Below are positions 9,716 through 20,100 of a stretch of DNA of 64,000 nt, in pieces; position 1 is the first letter of the stretch; each line of letters opens with the position of its first letter. Origin of the DNA: Bdellovibrionales bacterium (GTDB taxonomy: Bacteria; Bdellovibrionota; Bdellovibrionia; Bdellovibrionales; UBA1609); NCBI GenBank assembly GCA_041690295.1, contig JAWLHR010000015.1, positions 15,102 to 79,101 on the forward strand. The letters are read 5' to 3'. The position numbers and the translations under genes were made by a program. The notes beneath the pieces are model-generated. The model was given only the letters and a program-made list of their open reading frames with translations, did not search any database and was not told the origin of the DNA.

Positions 9716-10917
9716 CAAAGGTGACCGTCGTCGGCGCGGGATTCGCCGGATTGAGTTTGGCCCATGAACTTCTCAAACGCGGCATCGCGGTGGAAGTTCT
9801 GGAAAAATCGGATCGGGTTGGCGGTTTGATCCGCACCGATCAAGTCGAGCACGGCCTGGTGGAGTCCGCCGCCAACGCTCTTTTGGCCGATCGGAATGTG
9901 GAATCACTTTTCGCGGATCTGAATCTGTCGTTCGCCCGCCGGGGCCGTGCGCGGGGTCGCCGTTTTATATTTCGCGATCGTCCGTCCCGTTGGCCGTTAA
10001 GCTGGTCGACCACCGCCCGACTCATGTCGCGGGCGGTGGAGTGGGGCGTGCGGGGTCCGTCTCGACTGTGGCCGAATCCCGGCGAAGCGGTTGCCACGTG
10101 GTGTGAACGCATCATGAATCAGGAATTCAACGATCATTTTATCGCGCCGGCCCTTCAAGGCATTTACGCGGGCGATGTCGGTCGATTGAGCGCCAACTTG
10201 ATTTTATCGGGAATGGCGTCGCGCCTGCCGAAAGGGCGGCTTAAAGGAAGTGTGGCGCCTGAAGGTGGAATGGGTGAACTGGTGACCGCGTTCGCGCGCG
10301 CGATTGGGGATCGAGGCGGTGAAATTCGATTGAATACGAAATTCGAAATGCCGCGTGAATTGAGCCATCCACTGGTTATCGCCACGAACGTGGCCACGGC
10401 CGCTGAATTGCTCAGCGAAAGTCATCCGGAAGTGGCGAGAATCCTTCGCCGGTGTGAAATGCTGCCCCTCATCCGCGTGACGGCGTTTTTCCCGCCGCAA
10501 AAGAGCGATCTTGAGGGATTTGGTTGCTTGTTTCCCGAGTCTCAGCGATTTAATGCATTGGGCGTTTTGTTCAATAGTTCGATTTTTCCAGGATTTTCAC
10601 AGGTGCGATCGGAAAGTTGGATCTTCGGCGGCGCCCGAAATCCCGAGGTCCTCAATTGGAGTGACGAAGAGGTGAAAGAAAAGATTCTTCAAGATCGCGC
10701 GCGTCTTGGCGGCAACGCCGAAGCGCTTTCCATCCATATTCGCCGATGGCCGAAAGCTTTGCCCCATTACACAACCGAATGGGAAGAGCTGTTGCCGCAA
10801 CTCAATCCCCCGGCGCCGCTTTATTTACACGGAAATTACCTGGGTGCACTGGGATTGAGCCGCATCCTCAAACGTTCCAAGGATTTAGCAAAGACCATTC
10901 AGGAGAGATATGCTTAA
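9712..10917 (+). CDS. hemY: FAD-dependent protoporphyrinogen oxidase (HemY type)
   Basis: VVGAGFAGLS...LEKSDRVGG, GIYAGD, GFGCL, RWPKALPHY; lies between hemN and hemH. Confidence 0.88.
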   Translation: MTKVTVVGAGFAGLSLAHELLKRGIAVEVLEKSDRVGGLIRTDQVEHGLVESAANALLADRNVESLFADLNLSFARRGRARGRRFIFRDRPSRWPLSWSTTARLMSRAVEWGVRGPSRLWPNPGEAVATWCERIMNQEFNDHFIAPALQGIYAGDVGRLSANLILSGMASRLPKGRLKGSVAPEGGMGELVTAFARAIGDRGGEIRLNTKFEMPRELSHPLVIATNVATAAELLSESHPEVARILRRCEMLPLIRVTAFFPPQKSDLEGFGCLFPESQRFNALGVLFNSSIFPGFSQVRSESWIFGGARNPEVLNWSDEEVKEKILQDRARLGGNAEALSIHIRRWPKALPHYTTEWEELLPQLNPPAPLYLHGNYLGALGLSRILKRSKDLAKTIQERYA

Positions 10918-11932
10918 GAAACCCGGCTTGCTTTTGATTCAACTTGGATCCCCTCGCGAACCCACTCCCGCCGCGGTGAAAGAGTTTCTCATTGAGTTTC
11001 TGACGGATTCGCGCGTGATCGACATGCCTTATCTTCCACGCCAGCTTTTGGTTCGCGGAATCATCGCGCCTTCCCGTTGCCGCTCGGGAGCGGCGGCTTA
11101 CAAAAAGATCTGGACCGCCGAAGGTTCTCCACTCGTGGTGAACACCTTGGAGTTCGCGAATAAGGTGAAAAAGGAATTGTCGTCCCGCTTTGACGTGCGT
11201 TTGGCGTTTCGCTACGGAAGTCCGAACATCGCTTCCCAGATCAATGATTGGGACATCAACGAACTTTTCGTGGTTCCGCTATATCCGCAGTACGCGCTTT
11301 CCTCCACCCAATCGGCGATTGATGCGGTTCATGCCGCGCTTAATGGGCGGGGGATCAAATTGAATATCCTTATGGACTTCTTCAACGAGGCGGAGTTCAT
11401 TCACAGCCAGTCTCAGCTGATTCGGCGGGTGGCGGATGAGTTCATGCCCGACCACTACCTACTGAGCTTTCATGGTTTGCCGGTGAACCAGGTGCAAAGG
11501 CTTCATCCCACCCGCTGCCTGATTAAACCGGGCTGCTGTGAAAAGGTGGGTGACCGGAATCGCTGGTGTTACCGCGCGCAGTGCATGGCCACCGCGCGAG
11601 CCCTGAAGTCGGCGTTGGATATTTCGGCGGAGAATCTGACGGTTTCATTTCAATCGCGGCTCGGGAGAAAACCGTGGATCGAACCCTACACTGACAAAGT
11701 TTTGGGAACTCTGATCGAAGATGGGGTGCGCCGGCTTTTGGTCAGTTGTCCTTCCTTTGTGGTGGACTGTTTGGAAACCCTCGAAGAAATTCAAATCCGC
11801 TTGCGCGATCAATTCATCAAAATGGGGGGCGCGGATTTGCGTCTGGTGCCCGCGCTAAACGCGGAAGACATTTGGATTCAGGATTTTTGCCAGATGGTCA
11901 CCCGGCACAATCTGAAATGGCGGTCCGAGTAG
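10910..11932 (+). CDS. hemH: Ferrochelatase
   Basis: LLLIQLGSP, PLYPQY, LLSFHGLP, FQSRLG..PW.EPYT, FVVDCLETLEEI. Confidence 0.97.
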   Translation: MLKKPGLLLIQLGSPREPTPAAVKEFLIEFLTDSRVIDMPYLPRQLLVRGIIAPSRCRSGAAAYKKIWTAEGSPLVVNTLEFANKVKKELSSRFDVRLAFRYGSPNIASQINDWDINELFVVPLYPQYALSSTQSAIDAVHAALNGRGIKLNILMDFFNEAEFIHSQSQLIRRVADEFMPDHYLLSFHGLPVNQVQRLHPTRCLIKPGCCEKVGDRNRWCYRAQCMATARALKSALDISAENLTVSFQSRLGRKPWIEPYTDKVLGTLIEDGVRRLLVSCPSFVVDCLETLEEIQIRLRDQFIKMGGADLRLVPALNAEDIWIQDFCQMVTRHNLKWRSE

Positions 11933-11934
11933 CC

Positions 11935-12747
11935 ATGCAAGTGATCGTGGTCGATCGATTTTATAAACGAGCGGCGGAACTTCGCCGCATCTTCGATCGA
12001 AAATTTGAAAATCCATTAAAAGCGCGCCCCGAACGCTTCGTTTGGGATTTTTGGCATGTGCCGGGCGAGTACACCCATCTGCGAACACCCGCGTTTCATT
12101 ATTTTCCCAAAAAACAATATGAGGCCTTTCACCAGTTTCTGGTGAAATGGGGACGTGAACATCTCGGTTGCCATGATGTTTCTCCACCCTGGCTCAGTTG
12201 TTACATCAACGGTTGTCGGCAGGAGTTCCATCAAGATGTCCCCCATGGACCGCTGGCTTTCGTGTTTTCACTGACCCGCCATTATGGCCACGCCTTCACC
12301 GGCGGCGAAACTTTCATTCGTAGAGGCCGAAGGCGAATCGCACCCTTGTTTAATCGCTTGGTTCTTTTTAATCCCGCGTTGGTTCATGGAGTGCGTGAAG
12401 TGAAAGGCGTGATGGATCCCCGTCAGGGACGTTTGGTGATTCACGGTTGGTTCGTTCAGCCGCGCGCCTTTTGGGTGGGTCCGCTTCGCGCCGAAGATGT
12501 GGATGAAAGCATCGCCACCGGCTTGCGCGGTTTTCATCTACGAAAAGCGGTTCGCACGCCGGGGCTGACCTCATTTCGGCTCAGCATCTCGCCAAAAGGA
12601 ACGGTGCGATCGCTCCGTCCCTTGGTTGAAACCGCGGAGCTGGCCGCTCCCGATAGGACTCAATTGCATCTCAGGCTTACAGGCTTACGTTTTCCCGCCC
12701 GGTCCTCAGGAAGCCAATTAACGCTTCCCATTATGTGGTCCCTCTAA
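11935..12747 (+). CDS. 2-oxoglutarate/Fe(II)-dependent oxygenase
   Basis: HxD (FHQDVPHG), FTGGET, FNRLVLF..ALVHGV, GRLVIHGWF; ATG 11935 directly after the hemH stop. Confidence 0.8.
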   Translation: MQVIVVDRFYKRAAELRRIFDRKFENPLKARPERFVWDFWHVPGEYTHLRTPAFHYFPKKQYEAFHQFLVKWGREHLGCHDVSPPWLSCYINGCRQEFHQDVPHGPLAFVFSLTRHYGHAFTGGETFIRRGRRRIAPLFNRLVLFNPALVHGVREVKGVMDPRQGRLVIHGWFVQPRAFWVGPLRAEDVDESIATGLRGFHLRKAVRTPGLTSFRLSISPKGTVRSLRPLVETAELAAPDRTQLHLRLTGLRFPARSSGSQLTLPIMWSL

Positions 12748-12881
12748 ATCGCTTATGGGTTCGTGAAATAATTACCTAACTACCTGCATTTACTAATATT
12801 ATGCATCGTGTTATGAATGCCTCATCGAAAAATATCTGGTAACCAAGTTAGCGTTTTCCAAGGGTAAGGGTAATCACCAGC

Positions 12882-15800
12882 ATGAAAAGAAAATGGCGCC
12901 GGTCGATATGTGTTTTTCTATCGTTTCTCCTGTGTCTTCAAACTCCGGCTTTTGGTCATGATCAGCAATTGGCCGAACGTGCCGTTGAAGCTCATGAGTT
13001 CGACGCCTTAGTTAAAAATAGCGAACAGATGCCGGCTGGGCAGCCAAGGGGGTCTTTCGCGCCTGACCGCTTCTTGCTCCTTGAGCAAGAAGTGGTGGCG
13101 CGAAATTATGTCGGGCGTTCGTTCTCATTTTTTTCCAATGTGATCGAACGGGAACTGGAAGAGCACTACGCCCGTCTGAATCGCGGGCGAAAGGTGATCG
13201 CGCAGATTCAAGCGCTCCGCAAAGCGCTCAATGACGAATCCGCGCCCGCGCGCCTTAGGGATGTCTCCGCTCAAAAAGTCGAAGCCGATTTATTGGACCA
13301 TATCGATAATGGCCGAGTGGCGGATCATCCTGTTTTTATTTGGGATGGAAAGGCCGACGCGGAACTCTTATCGACTTATGAATATCTGATTCAGGAAATC
13401 GTAACGGGTTGGGAAACGCAGCTCCACTCACTCAGTGAAGTGAAGGAGTCGCTCACCGAAGTTCCCAACGTGACCAAAGCGCCCACGCACCGCCGCGACC
13501 GGCTTTATAACTGGTGGGATGTTTCGGTGAATGTTTTGGAAAAGGACGGCTCCGTGGCCGACGTGATCGAGTTGCATAAGTTCGCCGATCATCGTTCGGC
13601 TGTGGGGTTGGGGGAAGGTTACTCTTGTTCGGACGGCGACACTTGCCGGTTCACGCTCAAATCCAACAAAGGTTTGGAGCTCAACCGCTTCCACATTCCG
13701 ACCAAGGCCATCGCGGCTCTTGGGCCCTATGTGGTTTTCGTGCATGAAAATTCCTATAGTGCGGAAGAGGGGATTCAGTACCTTTCCTTTTTGGACCTTT
13801 CCAATTATGGCCCCTCATTGGGCTCGGCGGAAATTCCGGTGTTCCGTTTGCCGGTGTTGATGGATGAGCCGGTCAGCTCGCTTGAGGTCAGACCCGACGG
13901 GCTCAAGCTCAACGGTAAGGACACGATTCCGGTTGAAACTTTCGTGGCCGCCTCGGAGATGCAGCAAGCCGCGTTTAATATCACCGCGAACTTCGTGGAT
14001 CCGGAGTCCATCGCCGATCTTCATCCCTACATCACCTCCATCGAAACTTTATTCGAGAAAATCATCAAACACGAAGTCACCGACGCCTTGGGTGAAAAGC
14101 AGGCGACGGAATCCGCCCGGGTTTTATTGCAGAAACTGGGGCAGGACATCGTCAGCCAACTCAAGCAGAATAAATCTCTGGCCGAGTTCGCGGCTGGCAA
14201 AAAGACCCAGGTCTCGGACGAAGAGATGGCGGAATTTCCCGAGGAAGTTCGCAAGAACCTTGAGCGCTACGGTGATCAGATCGCGAAATCCGAAGAACTC
14301 AATAAACGTTTGGAAACCGTTTCCAAGCGGATCAGTTATTCGCGTCTGCTCCGAGCCAAAGTGAAGGCGTTCTTTAATCGCATCACCAGCCCGGTTCCCA
14401 ATGCCAGTCTGAAAATCAAGCGGGCGCTGGTTCTAGTCGGAGCCAAGAAAGACATTGAACAGGGCCGGATCTGGAGCTTTTTGCTGGATCGTCCGTTTCT
14501 GCAGTCCTCTTTCATTCTGGCGAGCATGCTTTCTTTCATGGCGCCGGAATCCGCTTACGCCCTCATGCAAGGCGGACTCGCGATCGGTAACGGAATTTTC
14601 GATTATTTGAAATTCGCGCTCTTGGGAATCAGTGAGGCGGCTTACGTGGGAACCAAGGCCACGCTCTCACCTTTTCTTGATTTGGCGGCGCCCTTCACCG
14701 AGCACATCGATTCCAAGATCTACAAACAGTACATCGCGGACGGCAACTTATTTAAGACTCTGGTCGGCATGAGCACTTATGTGCCGTTTGTCCTGGGGAT
14801 CTACTACATCTTTCACCTCATCTTTAACGCGCACAAGATTTTCATCGACTACCGCGAACCCGATTGGAACGGTTTTGTGGACCATCAAAAGAAATTCTTC
14901 GAGGAGTATTATCAACGTTTGGCCAATGACGAGGCCAAACGCCGCAAGTTGACCGAGGAAAAAGAAGTCCAGGTCAAATATTCCGACGAGGAAATTGAGG
15001 AGATCAAACAGTGGGTGGAGCAACGTAAGAGCACGAGCCCCGCTTACAATCCGGGCTTCCTTACCCGCGCCTGGCGATCCACCAAGGATGCGCTCGGAAA
15101 GTTGGTGGGCAAGCGTTGGAAATTGCGTGATGACGGACTGTGGAAGGCGCTTCTTGGCGTGACGTTCTCGTTCCCGGCGATGGAGTTGACGCTGTCCCGG
15201 TGGGCGAGGTTTTGGAACTGGTTCGCGGGAATGCGGTTCAATACGGTCGGCTTCCTCACGCTCAAGGATCTGGGACTTAAATACAACATGCCCATCTTCG
15301 TGCGCTTGAAGCCGATCACCGCTTCGGTGCGATTGGCCTTTCCGGACTTTTTCAACACGGTCGTGGCCAAAAGAGGTCCTAAACTCACTTTGCCCACTCA
15401 ACTGAACGGCGGAACCCGGTTTTGGGGAGTTCGCGACGGCATCTGGTTAAAAGAGGCGCTCCTTGGCCGATCTTCCGCTCAAGTTCAGATGGAACAGGAA
15501 GTTGAGCGCGAGTTGACCCGCTCGGAATTGAAGGCGGTCACGGAGAATTTCGAAGACTCCATCATTGATGTGGAAAACGCCGTTTATCAGGTGGCGTTCC
15601 GCGCGGCCCTGAAACGCTTGCCGGAGTTCATCGCGAACAAAGATGAAATCCTCGCCATCTTCAAAGACAAACCGTTGAAGAGTGTCGTGGAGAAAAGAGT
15701 TGGCGAATTGCCGGTGAAGGTGCGCACGTTCCTGCGGTTGTTCTTTGAGGAAGTCTACATCGCCACCATGACGGATTATCTCGATCAGATGATCGCTCGT

Positions 15801-17024
15801 GATGAGAACGACGAGGCGGCGGTTAAGATGACACCGGCTCAAATGAAGAAGTGGATTCTCGAGATGCGCCGGCGCACGGGCGATAAATCTCCGTTCGCTT
15901 TTGATCCCGCGCAGGCCGCCGCGATCGCGGCCCGGCACGGTGAGCGCCAGGACATTTTTGAACGGGTATCCAAGCAAGCGAAGAAGGGAGAATTTTCGCT
16001 CAAGAATTGGCTCACGAACCGGAAGTTCAATGTCGTGGCTGATATGGATCCGGAACAAAACGGTTCGATGAAACGCTTTTCCGTGGTGCAGGAGCGATTG
16101 AAATCGCCCAACGCGCTTTCGCGCGCCGTGAGGGCGGAAATTTCCAAACTGCTTGTCACCTTTCCGCTGGATATGGCGTTTAAATTATTCTTCGCCGCGG
16201 GAATTTTTGAAGGCGCTTACAAGCCCATTCAGGATGAACTCTGGGGACCGAACTCCGTTTTCTATTTGTCCCGCGACTCGTTCTACATGATCACGGCGAG
16301 CGGATTCGCCATGAGCATGATGGCTGACGTGTGGGTCAAACTGCAGCAGGATCAGCGTCAGGACGACATGGGTGATTTCGGCTTGGTGCCCAAGGGTGAA
16401 GACGCGGAGAAATCATTCGTCCGTTGGTACGCGAAACAGTTCAACGCCAAGAACAATTCTTTGCTCGCCAACTGGGTGTTCGCCAACAAGATCGCGTTCT
16501 GGAACATTCCGGCCGCTTTGGCGAACATCGGACTTTTTAATTACATGTTCTCCGGCCGTTTGGATTTAAGTTATCTGCTGGGGATTTACGTGGTCGGGTT
16601 CGGAACGCCGTTCTCCGCGCTTTACTACAAAGTCGATCAGGCCTTTGAACGATCAGCCGAGTACGCGGCCCGCGGAATTCCGGATGAAAAGTGGCTGGCT
16701 CATCCTTTGGTGAGAGAAGTCGTGACTCACGAGTCGCAGTATTATCGCAACCGCTTTCAGCTTTTGAGTGATGCTTACCAAAACATGCAAAACAATTGGC
16801 TGCTCAACGTGCAGATGATTCCCACCTCCTACGGCACCAAAGGATTCTTGCGATCGGTTTTCGGCGGTCCGCTGGTGGAAGAAGCCATCGTGGAAAAAGT
16901 GCTCATGCCGCTCAAGGGCATAACCCATAACATTCCGGTTGTGGGACCAACCGTGGAGTGGGCCGCGGGTCTCTGCGAGCATGTTTTAACCAACAACAAT
17001 ACCGATTTACGTATAAAGCGATAA
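12882..17024 (+). CDS. Giant hypothetical secreted/membrane protein (1380 aa)
   Basis: 4.1-kb ORF; signal peptide MKRKWRRSICVFLSFLLCLQTPAFG; central and C-terminal hydrophobic helices. Confidence 0.85.
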   Translation: MKRKWRRSICVFLSFLLCLQTPAFGHDQQLAERAVEAHEFDALVKNSEQMPAGQPRGSFAPDRFLLLEQEVVARNYVGRSFSFFSNVIERELEEHYARLNRGRKVIAQIQALRKALNDESAPARLRDVSAQKVEADLLDHIDNGRVADHPVFIWDGKADAELLSTYEYLIQEIVTGWETQLHSLSEVKESLTEVPNVTKAPTHRRDRLYNWWDVSVNVLEKDGSVADVIELHKFADHRSAVGLGEGYSCSDGDTCRFTLKSNKGLELNRFHIPTKAIAALGPYVVFVHENSYSAEEGIQYLSFLDLSNYGPSLGSAEIPVFRLPVLMDEPVSSLEVRPDGLKLNGKDTIPVETFVAASEMQQAAFNITANFVDPESIADLHPYITSIETLFEKIIKHEVTDALGEKQATESARVLLQKLGQDIVSQLKQNKSLAEFAAGKKTQVSDEEMAEFPEEVRKNLERYGDQIAKSEELNKRLETVSKRISYSRLLRAKVKAFFNRITSPVPNASLKIKRALVLVGAKKDIEQGRIWSFLLDRPFLQSSFILASMLSFMAPESAYALMQGGLAIGNGIFDYLKFALLGISEAAYVGTKATLSPFLDLAAPFTEHIDSKIYKQYIADGNLFKTLVGMSTYVPFVLGIYYIFHLIFNAHKIFIDYREPDWNGFVDHQKKFFEEYYQRLANDEAKRRKLTEEKEVQVKYSDEEIEEIKQWVEQRKSTSPAYNPGFLTRAWRSTKDALGKLVGKRWKLRDDGLWKALLGVTFSFPAMELTLSRWARFWNWFAGMRFNTVGFLTLKDLGLKYNMPIFVRLKPITASVRLAFPDFFNTVVAKRGPKLTLPTQLNGGTRFWGVRDGIWLKEALLGRSSAQVQMEQEVERELTRSELKAVTENFEDSIIDVENAVYQVAFRAALKRLPEFIANKDEILAIFKDKPLKSVVEKRVGELPVKVRTFLRLFFEEVYIATMTDYLDQMIARDENDEAAVKMTPAQMKKWILEMRRRTGDKSPFAFDPAQAAAIAARHGERQDIFERVSKQAKKGEFSLKNWLTNRKFNVVADMDPEQNGSMKRFSVVQERLKSPNALSRAVRAEISKLLVTFPLDMAFKLFFAAGIFEGAYKPIQDELWGPNSVFYLSRDSFYMITASGFAMSMMADVWVKLQQDQRQDDMGDFGLVPKGEDAEKSFVRWYAKQFNAKNNSLLANWVFANKIAFWNIPAALANIGLFNYMFSGRLDLSYLLGIYVVGFGTPFSALYYKVDQAFERSAEYAARGIPDEKWLAHPLVREVVTHESQYYRNRFQLLSDAYQNMQNNWLLNVQMIPTSYGTKGFLRSVFGGPLVEEAIVEKVLMPLKGITHNIPVVGPTVEWAAGLCEHVLTNNNTDLRIKR

Positions 17025-17109
17025 AATTTAGTCTTGACACGCCTGGGGCGGTTTTCGCCCCCACGTCGATATATTGACAAATATGTCGGTTCGGTAAGAT
17101 GTCACACGC

Positions 17110-20100
17110 ATGATATCTCGCCGAACCTTCAAAAGATGGGTGAGTGCGATTGTTGCCGTCGCTATTTCTGTCATTACTCCGGCTCCCTTAAACGCCACCA
17201 ATTCCTTCACCGAATTCACTCCGGATTTTAATTTCAAAGGCCTTCAAGCCCGTGATCCTCTTTTTAAGGAATTCGCCAACGCGCCATGGGCGCCGCCCCG
17301 GATAGGGCCGTTTGAGGCGAGTGATCCGATCCTCGATGCGGATCCGTTCTTCATGCGCTCGCAGAGTTTTGGCGCGGCGATCAGCCCCAGGGATGAAACC
17401 TCTTTCTCCTTCGATGGGCGATCCCTTCGCATTCAGTTGGCCGGAACGGATCAATCGTTAATCATTCATCAACCGCTGAAGCCTCTTTTTCAATTGGATC
17501 CGTTCTTGTTCTTCCAGGTGACGGATAAACGCTTGTTCGAGGAAAGAGGAACAGGGGATGATTACGGCGAGGGAATATTTTTTCTCGATTCGCGATACCT
17601 TCGGACCGAATTGGCGAAGCCAAATGACCGCCGCCCGGTGCCTGTGTTCTTTATCCCCTTGGATGGAACCGGATGGACCGGGCCGATTCAGATGATCGGG
17701 GTGGACCTGTTCAACACGGTGGCCATTCGCAATGCCAATGGTGAAACGGCGAGTTTCGATCTTCAACACATCGCCGAGTTGGCTAAAGCGCTTCACAATA
17801 ACGTCATTCTCGCCACCGTCATGGCTTTGAAACATGATCCGCGGGCCGCTCAAGAATTACGACGTGGTGCTCAAAGAGGACTGCCGGGCACACTGGAATT
17901 GCCTTTCGCCTTGCCACCACGCGGGAGCACGGCGGCTTTCGGTTTGTTTTTCACCGGTGTGAATTTGGATAATCCCGCCCACGGTGTGAGACCTGTGATT
18001 GCCCGCGCCGGTTTCGATTTCTCGCTGCTGCCGCGGGCGCACGCAAGCGATCTTCTTTCGCCGGACGTTCTCGACCGGTTGCTGATCGTGGGGCAGGTGA
18101 CGGGAGTTACTTTCATCCTCAGTTGGCTCGCGCAACACACGATTTTGAGACAGACCATGAGAGATCGGCGTGACTTTGTCGAGGCCCGCGAGGATCGGGC
18201 CCGCGCGCGAAAAGGAGAACCGCCCCCGGATCGCAGCACGGTCTTTTATAAAATCAAAAGGTACGGCGCTGAAACGGTGGATGTCTTCTCCCACAGTTTG
18301 TCGGCGCTGGCTTCGGGACCGGTCGCGGCCACGGGTTATGCGCTGGAGTATATCGCGGATCGATATTTGGGGAAAACCGGGCGCTCTCCGAATGGATTGA
18401 TCCGGAGATTTCTGGATAAGACACTTCTTTATTCCCGCCGCCAGAACGAAATGATTCTGGTGAATTGGAATACTTTTTTCCTCGGTGTGGTGATCCTTGG
18501 CGGTATTGATTCGCTGGGCGTGGTGATTCAGCTTCTTTACGCCAGTCCGATTTTCTTCCCTTGGGTGGGTAGCCTGATCAGCCCCGAGATGGAACAAAAG
18601 GCCCTGCAGCAGTTTTCAGGGCAGGATATCGAAGCCAATAACATTATCACTTCCGAAGTGATGCGCAATCTGACCGCGTATTTCGTGACCGGTGCTTATT
18701 CCTACTCGGCCAATCAGAGAAACATCTTGCTGGAGATCGTTCGGCCAGAGGTCGAACGGCAAATGGCCCTTGAGGGAAAAGACTTCAATGATCCGCGTTT
18801 TTTGGGCGAGTACAATCACCGGATCGAGACGAGGCTGGAACTCATGTTGGTCGAGCGCGGCTTGCCGACCAATAAGGAATTTCTCTTCAGCGGCCCGTCA
18901 CTTATGCGGTCGATCGCTCATCTGATGGGCTACAAGGTGGATCGCGAGAAACTTTATCAAAGCCGCGACTTCAAACCGGATATGGATTTAAGCGGGATTC
19001 CTGAAAATGAAAGGCGGGAACTCCTGCAAAAGGCCGAACGGGAACGGCGGATCTCGAGCCAAATCGACCGGCTCTTGCGCGAAGCGGCCCAGTTTCCCGA
19101 AAACGCGACGGAATATGAACAGCTCAAACGTTCGGCCGAAACTTTTAAAACGGCGTTAGTGAGAAATCTCGAGGCTCAGTTTGACCGCGAAACCTTCGCG
19201 CTGGAAAGGGCGCGATGGGGATTGGCCGGGCACGCTCTTAAACGTGCGCTTTTCGCCGCGATCGAAATGAGCGAGCGGCATCCCGAGAATGAAAACCTGC
19301 GAAACGCCGTGGCGCTATTGCGTGAAACACGACGAAAGTTTCATGTCTTTTGGAATCTGCTGCGTAATCCGTTAAGGGCTCCATCCGCATTCAAGGAGGC
19401 CTATCGAATCCGGAAAATTCTCGCGCTTCTCAGTTATGAAGGGCCGGTGTTGATCCTTGAAGCGGTTAAATACTTGGACCTTTGGGAGGAAGCCAAGGCG
19501 TCACCTGGAGGCGCGCAATGGGCGGCGCGCCTTTACCGCCAAGCCTTATTCGGCTTGATCGAAAACCGACCCGGTTACTTGCAACCCAGTGAATCGGATT
19601 TGCGGGAGAAATTGCCGGCCGCGCTCCAAGAAGCGGATGAAGTGATCCGAAATCTTCCGCCGGAACTGGAGATGGACGAGACTGATCGGGAAATCATCGC
19701 GGTTGAAATCGTAAAACAGAAAGCCATTGAAGAGCAGTTGCGCCGCCGCAGGGAAAGCTGGCGTCCGCGCGAGCCGGACAACTTGGATTTCATCATGACC
19801 CGGGCCCAGCGCGGTCATGCTCACCGGGAAGCGATGATCGCCGTCGTGCGGGCGTCGGGCAAACCAATGCCCCGTGATCCCATGATTGAAGCGGCGTTGG
19901 CCTCGGGTCACTCGGAGTGGATCATGCAGTTCACGGGTTCCGACACCCGAGTGGCGCGATTCGCGGAGCCTCTCTTGGTTGAGAATCCGGAATTGGTGCC
20001 GGTTTACCGCGAGGCCTTCCGGCGGGCGATGGCGGAAACCTTGAGTCTTGAGGTCCTTCCCCCGGAGCAAAGCGCTCTGGTTCGCGAAGTTCAAGAGATG

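Noticed and set aside
11746..11934. Long N-terminal extensions in the ORF track (also at 31585, 35316, 41386, 47865, 55621, 56127)
   Set aside because: They overlap neighbouring genes or promoters; downstream starts with an RBS or translational coupling fit better.
12836..12853. Sigma54-like CTGGTAACCAAGTTAGCG upstream of the 1380-aa gene
   Set aside because: GG-to-GC spacing is 11 nt, not the required 10.
17045..17062. GGGGCG-GTTTT-CGCCCC hairpin after the 1380-aa gene as an intrinsic terminator
   Set aside because: The stem is real but has no U-tract on either strand, so I do not call it a terminator.
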